The notes beneath the pieces are model-generated. The model saw only the letters and a list, made by a program, of their open reading frames with translations, had not been told where the DNA came from and made no database searches. DNA of 64,000 nt from Lingula anatina (lineage: Eukaryota; Animalia; Brachiopoda): NCBI GenBank assembly GCA_051362555.1, contig CM120640.1:23608225-23672224 (forward strand), written 5' to 3'. Shown piece by piece: positions 12,101 through 22,162 of the stretch. The position numbers were made by a program, and so were the translations under genes. Numbering within the stretch: the stretch's first letter is position 1; every line of letters begins with the position of its first letter.

Positions 12101-15100
12101 TGTTCCAGCAGGCCAGGTAACAGGGGGTCAGCCTGGGAGTTCTTCAGATCAAATATACTGCTGGCCCAGCTGCCCCTGGGAGTGTTGTCCATGTGAATGG
12201 AGCCACGGGACCTCTGGGGAACCTGTATGGGACACATAGTAGACTACAGTAGATAACACACTATAAAATATACATATAAGGACAATAATTAGCCAAGCGT
12301 AATATATGTGACTTTATTAGGAAATAAATTCCGGTTCAAAAGATTTCGATTAAATACACAGCTTGACTATATCTAACCATGATAAAATTCTGAGACATGT
12401 GTTATGATCATATTTAGACTAATTTTCCCTTCAACATAAAAATTTATATATCAAGGATTTCTGAAAAAAAAAAATCAAAACAGTCCAAAGAGAAGAGAAG
12501 TAAGAACTGACCACAGTCTGTTCCAAATCGTCTTCTGTGTCCACCTCATACTCTTGTTTGGACACTGCCTCCTGGACCTTCTGGACCTCCCTGAGTTTAC
12601 TGTTACGGCTGGAGCTGAACACCTGGTACCTGGCAACAGATGGCGCTAAATTTACATGTTATCCTTAAAGCATGAAGCTTAAATGTGCTGTGCATAACCT
12701 TTTGTCATGGAAACAAAACATGGCATTTCTCTTCTGAGCAACATTTACATTTTAAAAAATTTCCTTTTTTCAACCACTTACTTTCTGTTCACCACAGTGT
12801 AGTCTGAGGAATAGGTCCTTATGCAGTCTCTCACATGTGGGTCACTTTCAGAGCTAAAAATAAAATATTTCACATGAGCCATTTATAAAATCTTCTCAAT
12901 CTTCTTAATCCCCCCCCCATCCCCCCCTGTCTCTGCTCCCAACTTCTGTAATAAACTCTTCAACTGTCACTCACTTCCTTGTCTGTAACTCAAATATCCA
13001 TCCCTGACTCACTTCTGTATGTTATGTACCCATTCATCATACCCTCTGACTCACCCATGCTCTGGAATAACTGGGGCTATGGTCCTACATTTTCTGGGAA
13101 GCAGTTTCACATCAATGTCATCTCTGGGGAATTCTAGGAGATGTTGCATGGGGTCCCTCTCAATGAGATATTCTTGCTGGACCAAAACATCTTCAAAATC
13201 TGGGGGATCGACGACATCATTCAGCGAAATCTGAAAAAAAGTTTGAAAGACTACATAAATATATGTATATAAATAAAACTGATTCAAGATACATTATCTA
13301 ATTTTATTCTACCATCTGCACATAACTAGATATCATTTGGTTACAAAGTGATGATTTACCACTGTACCATGTACATTTTTTTTGCAAAAATTATACCCCA
13401 AATTACATCAGCAGCTGTAAGCTCTCCTCGCCCATTTTATAAAAGAAACTGCTAACACAATTCCAAACCTATAAATCATTGTATCTGCTATGTGTTTAAC
13501 AGCTCACCTCATGTAAAAATACTATAAAAAGGTATACAAATGAACATTTTAACAACAACTCTGATTCTGCATCAAACAACTTACTCCTACTGACGCAAGC
13601 CTACGTCTAATATTAACACAGCCCCTTGCTCTCTTCATTTTTCATTTCATAAGAGGCGATAACTTGAAGATGAGCCAAAGACTAATGAAAAATCAACAAC
13701 ATATACTGTATAACACAGCTTACTAGACCCAATCCAACTGAAAGCTATACTTTTCTGCATAAGTCAGCCTTAATTTCCATCAACAGAGTCATAAAATGTA
13801 AATTGGATACCTGTGGATAAAATCACCTTGGTTACAAGAACATCTGGGGCAAACGTTTCACTCATATCTAGGTTAGCTTAATGGTTTTTAAATGGCCCGA
13901 TTCTATAAGGATAAAAGGATACACAACAAATACACAAAAATTATCAAGATGCCATTTCCCAAGTGCTAAGAGGAAGGTTTGTTATGTAAACTCTATCATT
14001 CATTTTACATTATCTATTTGTATGTCTCAAGACATGAAACATCCTTTAAAGAAATGCCAACACCGACTATTAGTAAGCTCAAAGATTGAATTCCTCCATG
14101 AAGTACTTGAAATTTAATATAAGTTTACAAAAATGTGACACCCACAGATAATTTGTTGTGCTTATATGGTCTCAAATTTCTAAAACTATTCATAAAGTTG
14201 TTTCAGTATTACATATAAAACAATTATAAATATATAAATACTTATGGTGCACAACCAATAACATTTACTAATTTCCCTATTCTTTAATTTCTAGAAAGAC
14301 AAGTTTTAGAGTGAATTTACTGCAATAATGCCTGAAATATGCCACAGTGGTCCCAGCAACTGATTATTTTCACGCTGCAAAATTGCAATATGTACAAATA
14401 TCAAATGGTTGCAATGGTTGCTTTGAAATATAGCATTGGTTTAGGATACAAGGTACACATATTATATCGTAACAGAAAAGTATACCATTACAGTAATCTG
14501 GTAAAGTAATAAACTTGATAAAGATAGATCAGTAAAATATGGTAATGACTCTACCTTTCTGATACATAACAGAATTTTGGGAATCAGGGATCATTAAAAA
14601 TATATTCCTGTGCATTTGTGGTCCTTCTACTGTATCTAATACAACTATAAAGTAGTCTGCTATTCAACTTTTTTTTTTTTTTTTTTTTGCTATCATTGAA
14701 AAGAATGTCTTAATATTAAAAACTGGTGACTTAAAAAGTACATTATTTGTAAAATTCACAATTTTCCGCATTGAAGATGGAATCATTATTGCACATGACA
14801 AGAGAAATGAATTACTGATTTGTGTTTTTTTTTACACAGTAAGGTGAGGCAATTTTTTTCCTGGAAACTACTCATTGTAAAATTAACTTTTCGTAAACCC
14901 CATTGTGATTCTTTGCAGTGTAATGCAATTTTGTGTTTGTTTACAGGAAATCCAGACACATGCTTAGTTCTAAACTGTTTGAGTATATCTGACACTATTG
15001 GCAAACCAAATAATTCTATACGGAATTCAATTATACTTCTCAGTGTAGGCTTCATAAATGGTAAATGATGTTTCTTGAATTAACATTATTATTAGTAAAA

Positions 15101-17571
15101 CAAATAAAATGCTTCAAAATGAATCAATGTATTGCTATAACTTAATATTCCTAAGCTAAAGCATATATAAATAAGAGAGTATATTACGTAATGCATCCTT
15201 CGGCACATACATATATATAGGGACCGTTCACATGAAAAATTTTCTTTCTAAAAATCTAAAAATCTATTGGCGGTATCTTGTTATCACTGTCTGTGCCCTG
15301 AATACCCCGCGGTGTAATTACTGACAGCACGAGCGAGTTACTTCCAAAGCTGTTATTAATTCTCGGCTGCGCTCGGAGGAGATTCTCATACCTTGATGCA
15401 TGCGCAGTAGGTAGTTAGAAAGTAAATGGCGGTTGCAGTTGCTTTGAAAAATGTGTTTATCGATTTTGTGCAACAACAAGCACTATCACTAGTCATATTA
15501 CGCATCTGTATGCTTGAGTCGTCACAACTAAACTGATGAACTCCACAGCTTAGAGATACTACTGCAGGCAGTGAGGTATTCAGAGCACAGACCATGATCA
15601 CAAGATACCGCCAATAGATTTTTAGATTTTGAGAAAATAGATTTTTCATGTGAACGGTCCCATAGATGGGAGGATAAGGGTAAGGTTTGTAGTTTAAAAT
15701 GTGGTGTTCATAACAAGTATTTTTTTCCAAACGCACAATGAAATTGTATTTTAATAAATGTAGCCCTTTCAATCCCAAATCTGAAACTCTAAGTCACAAA
15801 ACAGCACTTAGGTTTATAAGGCCTGCTGTGTCAAAATTTGGAAATTTGGAGAAGAGACATTTCTGCAGCCAATCACTTTGTGCAGTGCTGTTGATAGTTT
15901 TCTCCAAAAGATTGAGTAAATGATACTGCATTTATTCATGGCAAAAGATAAATACTGATGATACTACTAACACGAAAATGCATATGATTCAGTATTCATA
16001 ATAATTTGTTCTTACTGATTGTGCGCTTGCAAGAGATCCTCCACTTGCAAGAGAACCTCCACTAATGCTTTTGGGGATGTCCCTGATATGTGCTGATGAG
16101 ATCTGCCTGCGGACTTCTGCTGCCCCTTGTCTGTAAAAACAAAACAACAGTCACACAGATACCAACAAAAAACTGAATTTGTACTCGGCTGTCACCTAGA
16201 TCAGTTGAAGAACCTTGAAACCACAGAAAAGGATTAAGACATCTTGTAATGATTGCATGAAAGTATGATATGACCAGAGAACTTATAACAGCTGCCACTC
16301 AGATACCTACTGCCTGTTCATGTATGCAACCACACTAATCTTGTTGCTTTAAAGTGCACAAACTTTACAAACTGATCTCTTTGATTTTAGGTTTATTAAC
16401 CAATCAAGGTGACAGCCACCCAAGCCTGAATATAGAAAATTACTGAAAAACAATAACTAATATATATAAGATTTGGGAAATCATTACATCTGTAGGCCGC
16501 ATCTATAGTATAGTTACTACTATACTTATGGCACCTTTTTATCTCAACAGACAATGGCATGTTTGCATCAAAATAAAGTCACCTGTAGTCCAGTAGCAAT
16601 GAGATGTCCTCCTCAATATGCAAAACTGGGCATAAAAATTTAAGGTCTTTGAGGAAGTAAGCAAAGTGGGGGTAGGTCAGGCAAAAGGTAGAATAGGCAT
16701 ATGACTGAAATGCGCAATAAACTGCAATACAGCGCAACACAGCGCAAAACACTTGATAACACAAGTCCAGTTGCAAGTAAACACAGGAAAGGATAATCTC
16801 AAATAAAATAGGGTGATATAAAAGCAACATATAGTACATATTAATTAATATTGGTGATACAACTTGACAATTTTTTCATTGTTTGGTCAGCCGCCATGTT
16901 GGCGAGTAGCTCTTCTTGGCAAGTAATATATCCAAGAAGAGCCACTTGCCAACATGGCTGCCAACCGGACAATATAAAAGTTTTGCTGATTTGTTAATTT
17001 ATATCAACGATATTACTTACCTAGTAATATAGGTTGTTTTTATATCACCCCACTTTGCTGGGAATGGTCATTTCTTTAGTGTAATTGCAACTGGATTTGA
17101 TTTTTGAAGTGTATTGCACTGTGTTGCGCTGTATTGCGGTGTATTGCGCATTTCAGTCACACCGCATAAAAATTGTAGGGATACCCTGGTAGAACTTGAC
17201 ACTTCGCTCTGGTAAAAGACCCATTGATCATGTATGGAGATCACCACAGTATCGATATTATTGAATTAGGTGTTTCTAAAAATCGCACTCTAATACTGGT
17301 GATCAAAGCTAGAGCAGCAGAACTAGTAGAGGTTTCTTTCATTTCATTGAAACTAAGTTTCTGTAGGTGGAAGTTTATAACTTTATGAAAAACAGAATCA
17401 GATGGATCTAATAGTATTAAGGATGGATTTCATAAAATATTACAAGAAGTGCAAAAATGATATTCAGCAGTATATGATTATTTAAAGACAGGGCCTTTCT
17501 AGGACACCATGCTGCCTAGTAAATACCTACTTGATCAATTTTTCCGCAAAGGCCCTTCGGCCGGTCGCCAT
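7..17571 (-). CDS. DOCK7: Dedicator of cytokinesis protein 7-like (DOCK-C family, DOCK6/7/8 orthologue); 26 coding exons, 3'-partial (continues beyond position 1)
   Basis: The spliced translation is phase-consistent over 3198 nt (1066 aa) and tracks human DOCK7: [12 protein letters not shown]..., [58 protein letters not shown], the DHR-1/C2 domain ([18 protein letters not shown]...[13 protein letters not shown]...[13 protein letters not shown]...WIDNHK), [10 protein letters not shown] and [12 protein letters not shown]. All introns are GT-AG except one GC-AG. The DHR-2 catalytic domain lies outside the window. Confidence 0.96.
227..403. mobile_element. MITE, hAT-like termini with 5-bp TSD
   Basis: TIR CAGGGGCGGAT...ATCCGCCCCTG; flanked by TATAT/TATAT; internal GGAAGACGGTCA repeats. 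Confidence 0.75.
429..486. repeat. Perfect 29-bp tandem duplication
   Basis: AACATGACCACATGATACTTATAATATAT x2. Confidence 0.9.
682..828 (-). CDS. DOCK7: DOCK7-like exon 25 (VKSMAEHL...PRKARFP...DDVTALV...)
   Basis: AG/GT boundaries; conserved. Confidence 0.93.
1043..1138 (-). CDS. DOCK7: DOCK7-like exon 24 ([32 protein letters not shown])
   Basis: AG/GT boundaries; conserved motif. Confidence 0.93.
1510..1586 (-). CDS. DOCK7: DOCK7-like exon 23 ([25 protein letters not shown])
   Basis: TTTTCAG acceptor, GTAAC donor, phase 1 to 0. Confidence 0.85.
1874..2029 (-). CDS. DOCK7: DOCK7-like exon 22 ([14 protein letters not shown]...[18 protein letters not shown]...)
   Basis: AG/GT boundaries; parallels HYATMAR...SNSNPDISGTPTSPDDEV. 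Confidence 0.88.
2489..2647 (-). CDS. DOCK7: DOCK7-like exon 21 ([11 protein letters not shown]...[13 protein letters not shown]...)
   Basis: AG/GT boundaries; HGRNSLL motif. Confidence 0.92.
2906..3122 (-). CDS. DOCK7: DOCK7-like exon 20 ([10 protein letters not shown]...[15 protein letters not shown])
   Basis: AG/GT boundaries; matches DPYLDKFF...LILLVIRPPVIAGQI. Confidence 0.93.
4097..4261 (-). CDS. Candidate alternative DOCK7 exon 20a ([16 protein letters not shown]...): a 93-nt cassette (4169-4261) or an alternative last exon (stop at 4097-4099)
   Basis: Phase-0 acceptor TTGCTTCATCCAG; the first codons parallel exon 20 ([10 protein letters not shown]); internal donor GTAGGT at 4168; AATAAA on the - strand at 4070-4075. 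Confidence 0.55.
   Translation of the reverse strand, partial: DRNIDRFLSMCQKVSKYSHTGQSAADHHSQTVGYVWCRGLIAFKLEREESDSDQ
4619..4705 (-). CDS. DOCK7: DOCK7-like exon 19 ([29 protein letters not shown])
   Basis: AG/GT boundaries; end of DHR-1. Confidence 0.93.
6044..6145 (-). CDS. DOCK7: DOCK7-like exon 18 ([34 protein letters not shown])
   Basis: AAG acceptor, GTAAGT donor; conserved. Confidence 0.92.
6372..6513 (-). CDS. DOCK7: DOCK7-like exon 17 ([13 protein letters not shown]...[13 protein letters not shown]...ETPIGYS)
   Basis: AG/GT boundaries; DHR-1 core. Confidence 0.93.
6745..6815 (-). CDS. DOCK7: DOCK7-like exon 16 ([24 protein letters not shown])
   Basis: AG/GT boundaries; conserved. 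Confidence 0.93.
8741..8858 (-). CDS. DOCK7: DOCK7-like exon 15 ([29 protein letters not shown]...), start of DHR-1/C2
   Basis: AG/GT boundaries; DHR-1 N-terminal strand motif. Confidence 0.93.
9034..9196 (-). CDS. DOCK7: DOCK7-like exon 14 (GTLKLDISP...[15 protein letters not shown])
   Basis: AG/GT boundaries; matches human DOCK7. Confidence 0.93.
9510..9603 (-). CDS. DOCK7: DOCK7-like exon 13 ([31 protein letters not shown])
   Basis: AG/GT boundaries; conserved motif. Confidence 0.93.
9849..10039 (-). CDS. DOCK7: DOCK7-like exon 12 (...[17 protein letters not shown])
   Basis: AG/GT boundaries, phase 1 to 0. Confidence 0.92.
10339..10504 (-). CDS. DOCK7: DOCK7-like exon 11 ([30 protein letters not shown]...)
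   Basis: AG/GT boundaries; [13 protein letters not shown] motif. Confidence 0.93.
10737..10802 (-). CDS. DOCK7: DOCK7-like exon 10 ([22 protein letters not shown])
   Basis: AG/GT boundaries; conserved motif. Confidence 0.93.
11124..11273 (-). CDS. DOCK7: DOCK7-like exon 9 (ISENFYFDL...[13 protein letters not shown])
   Basis: AG/GT boundaries; 50 codons. Confidence 0.93.
11492..11558 (-). CDS. DOCK7: DOCK7-like exon 8 ([22 protein letters not shown]), ends at a GC donor
   Basis: Matches EIEPIFASLALYDVKEKKK; an in-frame join to exon 9 requires the donor AAG|GCAAGT. Confidence 0.9.
11809..11894 (-). CDS. DOCK7: DOCK7-like exon 7 ([29 protein letters not shown])
   Basis: AG/GT boundaries; matches EHFGQRLLVKCLSLK. 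Confidence 0.93.
12007..12222 (-). CDS. DOCK7: DOCK7-like exon 6 ([29 protein letters not shown]...LYPMQEE)
   Basis: AG/GT boundaries; [16 protein letters not shown] motif. Confidence 0.93.
12512..12629 (-). CDS. DOCK7: DOCK7-like exon 5 ([15 protein letters not shown]...[16 protein letters not shown])
   Basis: CAG acceptor, GTCAGT donor, phase-consistent. Confidence 0.88.
12782..12853 (-). CDS. DOCK7: DOCK7-like exon 4 ([24 protein letters not shown])
   Basis: AG/GT boundaries; DPHVRDCIR matches DOCK7. Confidence 0.93.
13055..13230 (-). CDS. DOCK7: DOCK7-like exon 3 ([14 protein letters not shown]...[12 protein letters not shown])
   Basis: AG/GT boundaries; LLEFPRDDI motif of the DOCK-C/D N-terminal domain. 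Confidence 0.93.
15220..15661. mobile_element. PIF/Harbinger-like MITE with ~85-bp TIRs
   Basis: GGGACCGTTCACATGAAAAAT...ATTTTTCATGTGAACGGTCCC; ATA on both flanks; related to 24605-24862. Confidence 0.8.
16016..16130 (-). CDS. DOCK7: DOCK7-like exon 2 ([38 protein letters not shown])
   Basis: TTTTTACAG acceptor, GTAAG donor; AAEVRRQIS matches DOCK7 AAEVRKQIS; phase 2 to 0. Confidence 0.9.
16696..17165. mobile_element. Long foldback (palindromic) non-autonomous element
   Basis: The arms TGACTGAAATGCGCAATA.../...TATTGCGCATTTCAGTCA pair imperfectly all the way in to GCTCTTCTTGG/CCAAGAAGAGC; no clean TSD. Confidence 0.7.
17531..17571 (-). CDS. DOCK7: DOCK7-like coding exon 1 ([14 protein letters not shown])
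   Basis: ATG at 17571; resembles human MAERRAFAQKISR; donor GTAGGT, phase 2. Confidence 0.9.
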
Positions 17572-18999
17572 TTTTATTTTCCTAACATGCAGTGCTATAA
17601 CTCATACCTAAATTATTTTCGTATATCATTTAAAATTATGATGTAATTAATACCTTATCAAATATTGTCAAGTGATATAAGTTAATATTCCAAACATAAA
17701 GAAGCCAATACACATTTTAATTAAAGTGAAACAAAAGTCACGTCTGCTGGCTCTGTACATATGACCCACTTCTATCAGAGTGACACTGCAGTCATTTGTC
17801 TGATATAGGACGGGTTTTGATGCAATTTTCAGGATAGGCCAGAAATGGGATAACCTAAGTATGATAAAATGCTGATGGTGTACAGTGACCCGGATCACAA
17901 TATGCACCCAAGAAGTTTTAAGGATTATTCACCTTGGCCTGGTGCATCGAGTAGGGTACCCTCTCAACTACCGCATTTATCATTGCATTATGGTCCTTGG
18001 CGTTGGTCATATTACAGTACAGGCCATGTGGATTATGTCGTAATCACGGCATAGTAACTTGTAATATATGTTTCTAACGTACCACTTTGTTTGCTTCTGT
18101 ATTATAAGATATAATAGAAGATAATAATACAAATTATAGGTTTTAAAAACCAGAAGGAAACTGACACTGTTACGTGATCAATAAATTTACAGAGGGTGTT
18201 AATGTATAGAGTTTAAAGAAGTACCGGTAGGCCTATTCGGTCTTTATTTACTGGTACATGTAAGTGTAATAAATGTTCTGGTTTTTAATCCTCCCCCCTC
18301 TCCCCATAAAAAAACGAACAATATCATAGTCATTTTCATTCTCATTTTGTGAAATGTTTTGGGATCCGGGACCATCTTCAGTTATTTTGAATCTAGTTGT
18401 CAGTAAACTTGTAACAAAATTTTGACAAAAGTAACAAACTAGTAAAATTATATAAGTTAAACCTTTGCTAGTATTGTTGTGCTATGAAGCCCATTCCTGT
18501 ATAAAATGATGCGTTAATATTCGGTGTTCTACATTCACAATGATCAAAGATTTAAGTTACATGTACATACCGGTAGGCCTACATACATGTATGTCGTTTT
18601 TTATGCATTCAGATTTCTTCTGTACATGAGCTGATAGAATATAAACGAAAATTTTCTCTTTGCCTAACATAATGATGGCCCTAAGTGATATGCTACTTGT
18701 CTTTATAGTAGGCCTAATGTTGTTAAGTGGGACCAATGGTAGGTTGCATACTGTGGACCTCTTGTGTTGTTACGACATGTAAACGAGCACTGATTACAGG
18801 GTTGGGCAGTAATGCATAACTACCACAGGCACCGACTTTAATTGCTTTAAATTCATTAAAAATCAACGACCAACGCGTTCTTCATGAAAATAAATAAATA
18901 AAAAAACACGTCTCGTATTTGTCATCGTCCCACACAAAAATCTCCTTTTAAAAAACCATCCACAAGTACTGAGGAAAACAACGAGAAAAACATCATGGA

Positions 19000-19130
19000 A
19001 CGACCCAAGGTCACATTGGCTCGCAAGTGACAATCCCCAGTAGCCTATCCCGCGGTTCCTTTCGGAACAAACTTTGTCCCCATGACAACAACATACACAA
19101 TGTCCAGGATGGTACTCATGACGTGGTATT
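19000..19130. promoter_or_regulatory. Candidate promoter elements in the DOCK7/DUR3 divergent spacer (CCAAT box, RFX X-box-like GTCCCCATGACAAC at 19076-19089, TGACGT)
   Basis: Motif matches inside a CpG-rich spacer between head-to-head genes; no transcript data. Confidence 0.3.
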
Positions 19131-19513
19131 TATTATTGGCATATACTTCGTATTGTTTGCAATCACTACCCCAAATCAATGAAACTGATTAAAAAGCATT
19201 TTTTTTTGTCTGTTTCGTGAATAAAGTCACCGCACGTTCTTATGAAAGGAAAGAGAAAAAAGTCTGATAGATCGGGTTTTTTTGTAGTCTGAATCGGGAA
19301 GTTTGTAGTTCTAAATGTCCCTAAATCGTGAGAACCCCCGAATAGATCGGGAATTTGGACAGGTGTGCCTTTATTTGAGAGATTTTTTTTTAAAGTCTGA
19401 ATTGGGAAAGCTTTGAAGGATATGTCGACTGTAACCGAACTACGTATACGGCCATCCGATAAGTGTGTAAACAAAACCATTTAGTGCTCGAAAAATTGTT
19501 ATCATGGCATTAT

Positions 19514-19750
19514 TAATATCCCTGCACCTTTGTAAGCCGGGGATCATGTTATCCCGCCCGTCCTTGCGTCCGTGCGTTTGTAGGCCTCATTTCTGCTGTA
19601 TCCTCCTAGACCATTGGTATTGGAAATTGATAGACTCTTGGAATTAAATGAAACCAGTCAATTTTTGACCCTCTACCAGGACTTATGTTCACTTTTCTGT
19701 AGCGAAAGAGAAAATTGTGTCATACATTAGCCCGGGGCATATCCGTGAAA
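19514..19750. mobile_element. Possible Helentron-associated (DINE-1/HINE-like) element remnant
   Basis: 5' short hairpin followed by a GTCC/GCGT microsatellite (CCCGTCCTTGCGTCCGTGCGT); 3' CCCGGGGCATA; family assignment is inference. Confidence 0.35.
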
Positions 19751-19888
19751 ATCAACTGTAATTCATTCTGCAACCCTGGTAGAGGATATATCTAATTCTT
19801 TGATATAGCCTACCTATCATCAGGGGTGTGCATGGACCCTTAATCGCAATTTCACTGCTCCTAGGGGGGGTCCCTGGAAGATGTTTGA

Positions 19889-19937
<49 letters not shown>
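19889..19937. repeat. (ATT)n microsatellite
   Basis: About 16 units. Confidence 0.9.
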
Positions 19938-19939
<2 letters not shown>

Positions 19940-21989
19940 TTGTGATTTCATCTATTTTCTTAGCGTGAGGAAATTGAATGTTTGGAGATTGATAGACCCA
20001 TCCTCAGGGATGCGATGTGTCCTTTGTACTTTTAGTGTGTCCGCGGTAGGGACTGGTTCTGTGAATTTCTAATTATCTACATTATATTTTCTTGCGCCTC
20101 CACCCAGACGATTAGAGTGAGGAACTTGAAACATAGTTGATTATTAGTGAGTAACAGATGTACATAGGCCCTTCGAAATTTTAGTGTGTCTGCATGTGGG
20201 TGGGACAGTCCATGCGGGGGATTATTTTTCTTTTTTTCAGATAAAGGATGTTTTCTATGATACATTAAAATAGACATGGATGAATGCTGATTTCTTGTGT
20301 TTTAGTTATGGTTTTCAATTTCAAAAACAATATATAACCAGGCAGACGAGGGGGTCCGTAGAGATGAGCTACTTTTGACGATTTAGCGAAATGTCTATCC
20401 ATCGACACCATCTGGTTATTATTGCTTTTCATTTATATTCCATTACATAATACTTGAGTAGGCCTAGAGAGACATAGAATATAATAACGATTTCACAATT
20501 TCAGATCCCCCCACACCCATTTTACATTCAAACATGAAGCTGGTGGCTACAGTAATTTTCCACGGAATGAATGGTATCTAATATACTGAAAAATGACTAC
20601 TTGGTGGGTTGAACACAATAGTTTATTTCAGCATTCTTGTTGAAACGGTCTTCTCTAATACCCCTGATACACTGTTTTCTCCGTCTCTCGTCTCAGTCTA
20701 TTCGTGTCTCTCAGTAACTGTACTCATGCTCTCTACCTGGCAGTTTCGTTCTTTCAGGTTTAGTTCCTTCAACTGCCTTCTTATTATTGCAGGGAGTTAC
20801 ATGGATGGGGGAGGCTGTCCGAAATCTTATTGGGTAATCTTAGTTTGATGGACAGGTGACTGGTCACCTGACTTATAATTATTTAATTACAACCGGTCTC
20901 TAGTAGACCTTCCAGTGGAAGAGACAGATGAACTGATAAGTTAATGTAACATCCTGGAAGTTCATGTTAAAAAGACTCATTATGTTGTCACATACAAGAG
21001 TTAATTACTGGTGTCATGTTGCGAAGGTGCAATTAACTGGTTTGAATAGATTCCGACCTGATTGGCAAGTTTTCTTGTCTCAATCATCTATCACATGGAG
21101 TGGTCACCTTCTTGTTAATTACTGTGCTAATTATATCTGTTCAGCTGATTGCATCTGACACCTGTTTACGGCACCTTGTTTTAGACTAGGATACCTACAC
21201 ACATTCATGTATGATAAATGCAATGAAGTATCTGTCTCCAGTATCTCTATGTATTTTGTATGCATTAAATAATAAATTGAAATTGGAATTGAACTGAATT
21301 ATAAATTTGTAAATAAATGATCTAACATATACACCAGAAGTACAACTTGGATAGGATGAAAGACGAGTACGATTTCATTTTTGAGAGCCCTTTCTACATT
21401 GCTCTTTGTAGGCAATATATTTAACCGTATTTAATCGCCCAAAAGCACGTTTGATTTGTGCGTCTTTTTACTCCTGAAATATAAAATCAAGTTTTAGCCA
21501 ATTTTCCGCATAAAGTATTCCTGACTTGTCTATACTTACAGCAGATATGGCATGTTTATTGTTGTTGTATAAGTGCGGCCAAGAAGCCGCTTGGCCCAAA
21601 GCTTAAGAATAAGGTAAAACTAGTGCTTTACTAGAACAAAAAAACAAAGTACTAACGTATTCTTCCTTGATTTATTGTGGCAGGTAAGGTAGTCTGCCAG
21701 GAACCATAGTGCGTTCCCCATTACTTTGTACAGGTGACATTCGTCCCATATACCAACCCCAATACTCCGCTTAACCCTAGTCTATACTACTTATGTGGGA
21801 CCCATTCCAAGGACTATACCATTCTGTCACACCGGTATTTGTCACTAGTACTGGCGCGTGGAAGAATATTTAATATTACATATCGGAACTCCAATGCGCA
21901 TGATCCAAACACTCAGCTCTTTTACATCCTATATATAAAGCACGAAATTTCCTCAAGTGGGCCAGTCGTACATAACTCGCAAACTTAGA

Positions 21990-22162
21990 ATGACGTATTG
22001 TCTGTCGCATCTGGCTACTAAAGTATTGTGGCCAGTAGTTATTTTAACCTTTCAGGTGTGGCATGCAGAATGTAATGGACAGACTGCTGATGTCAATCCG
22101 TTTAGTGGATGCCAGTCTAACATCACAACGCATGAAAACGGTTCGACGGCAGCCGAAGTCAG
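21990..22162 (+). CDS. DUR3: DUR3-like exon 1 ([28 protein letters not shown]...AEVR)
   Basis: ATG at 21990, donor AG|GTATG, phase 2 matches exon 2. The 5' boundary could instead be the acceptor at 22055. Confidence 0.65.

Noticed and set aside
19752-20072. Poly-Asn and poly-Ile ORFs
   Set aside because: These are translations of the (ATT)n microsatellite.
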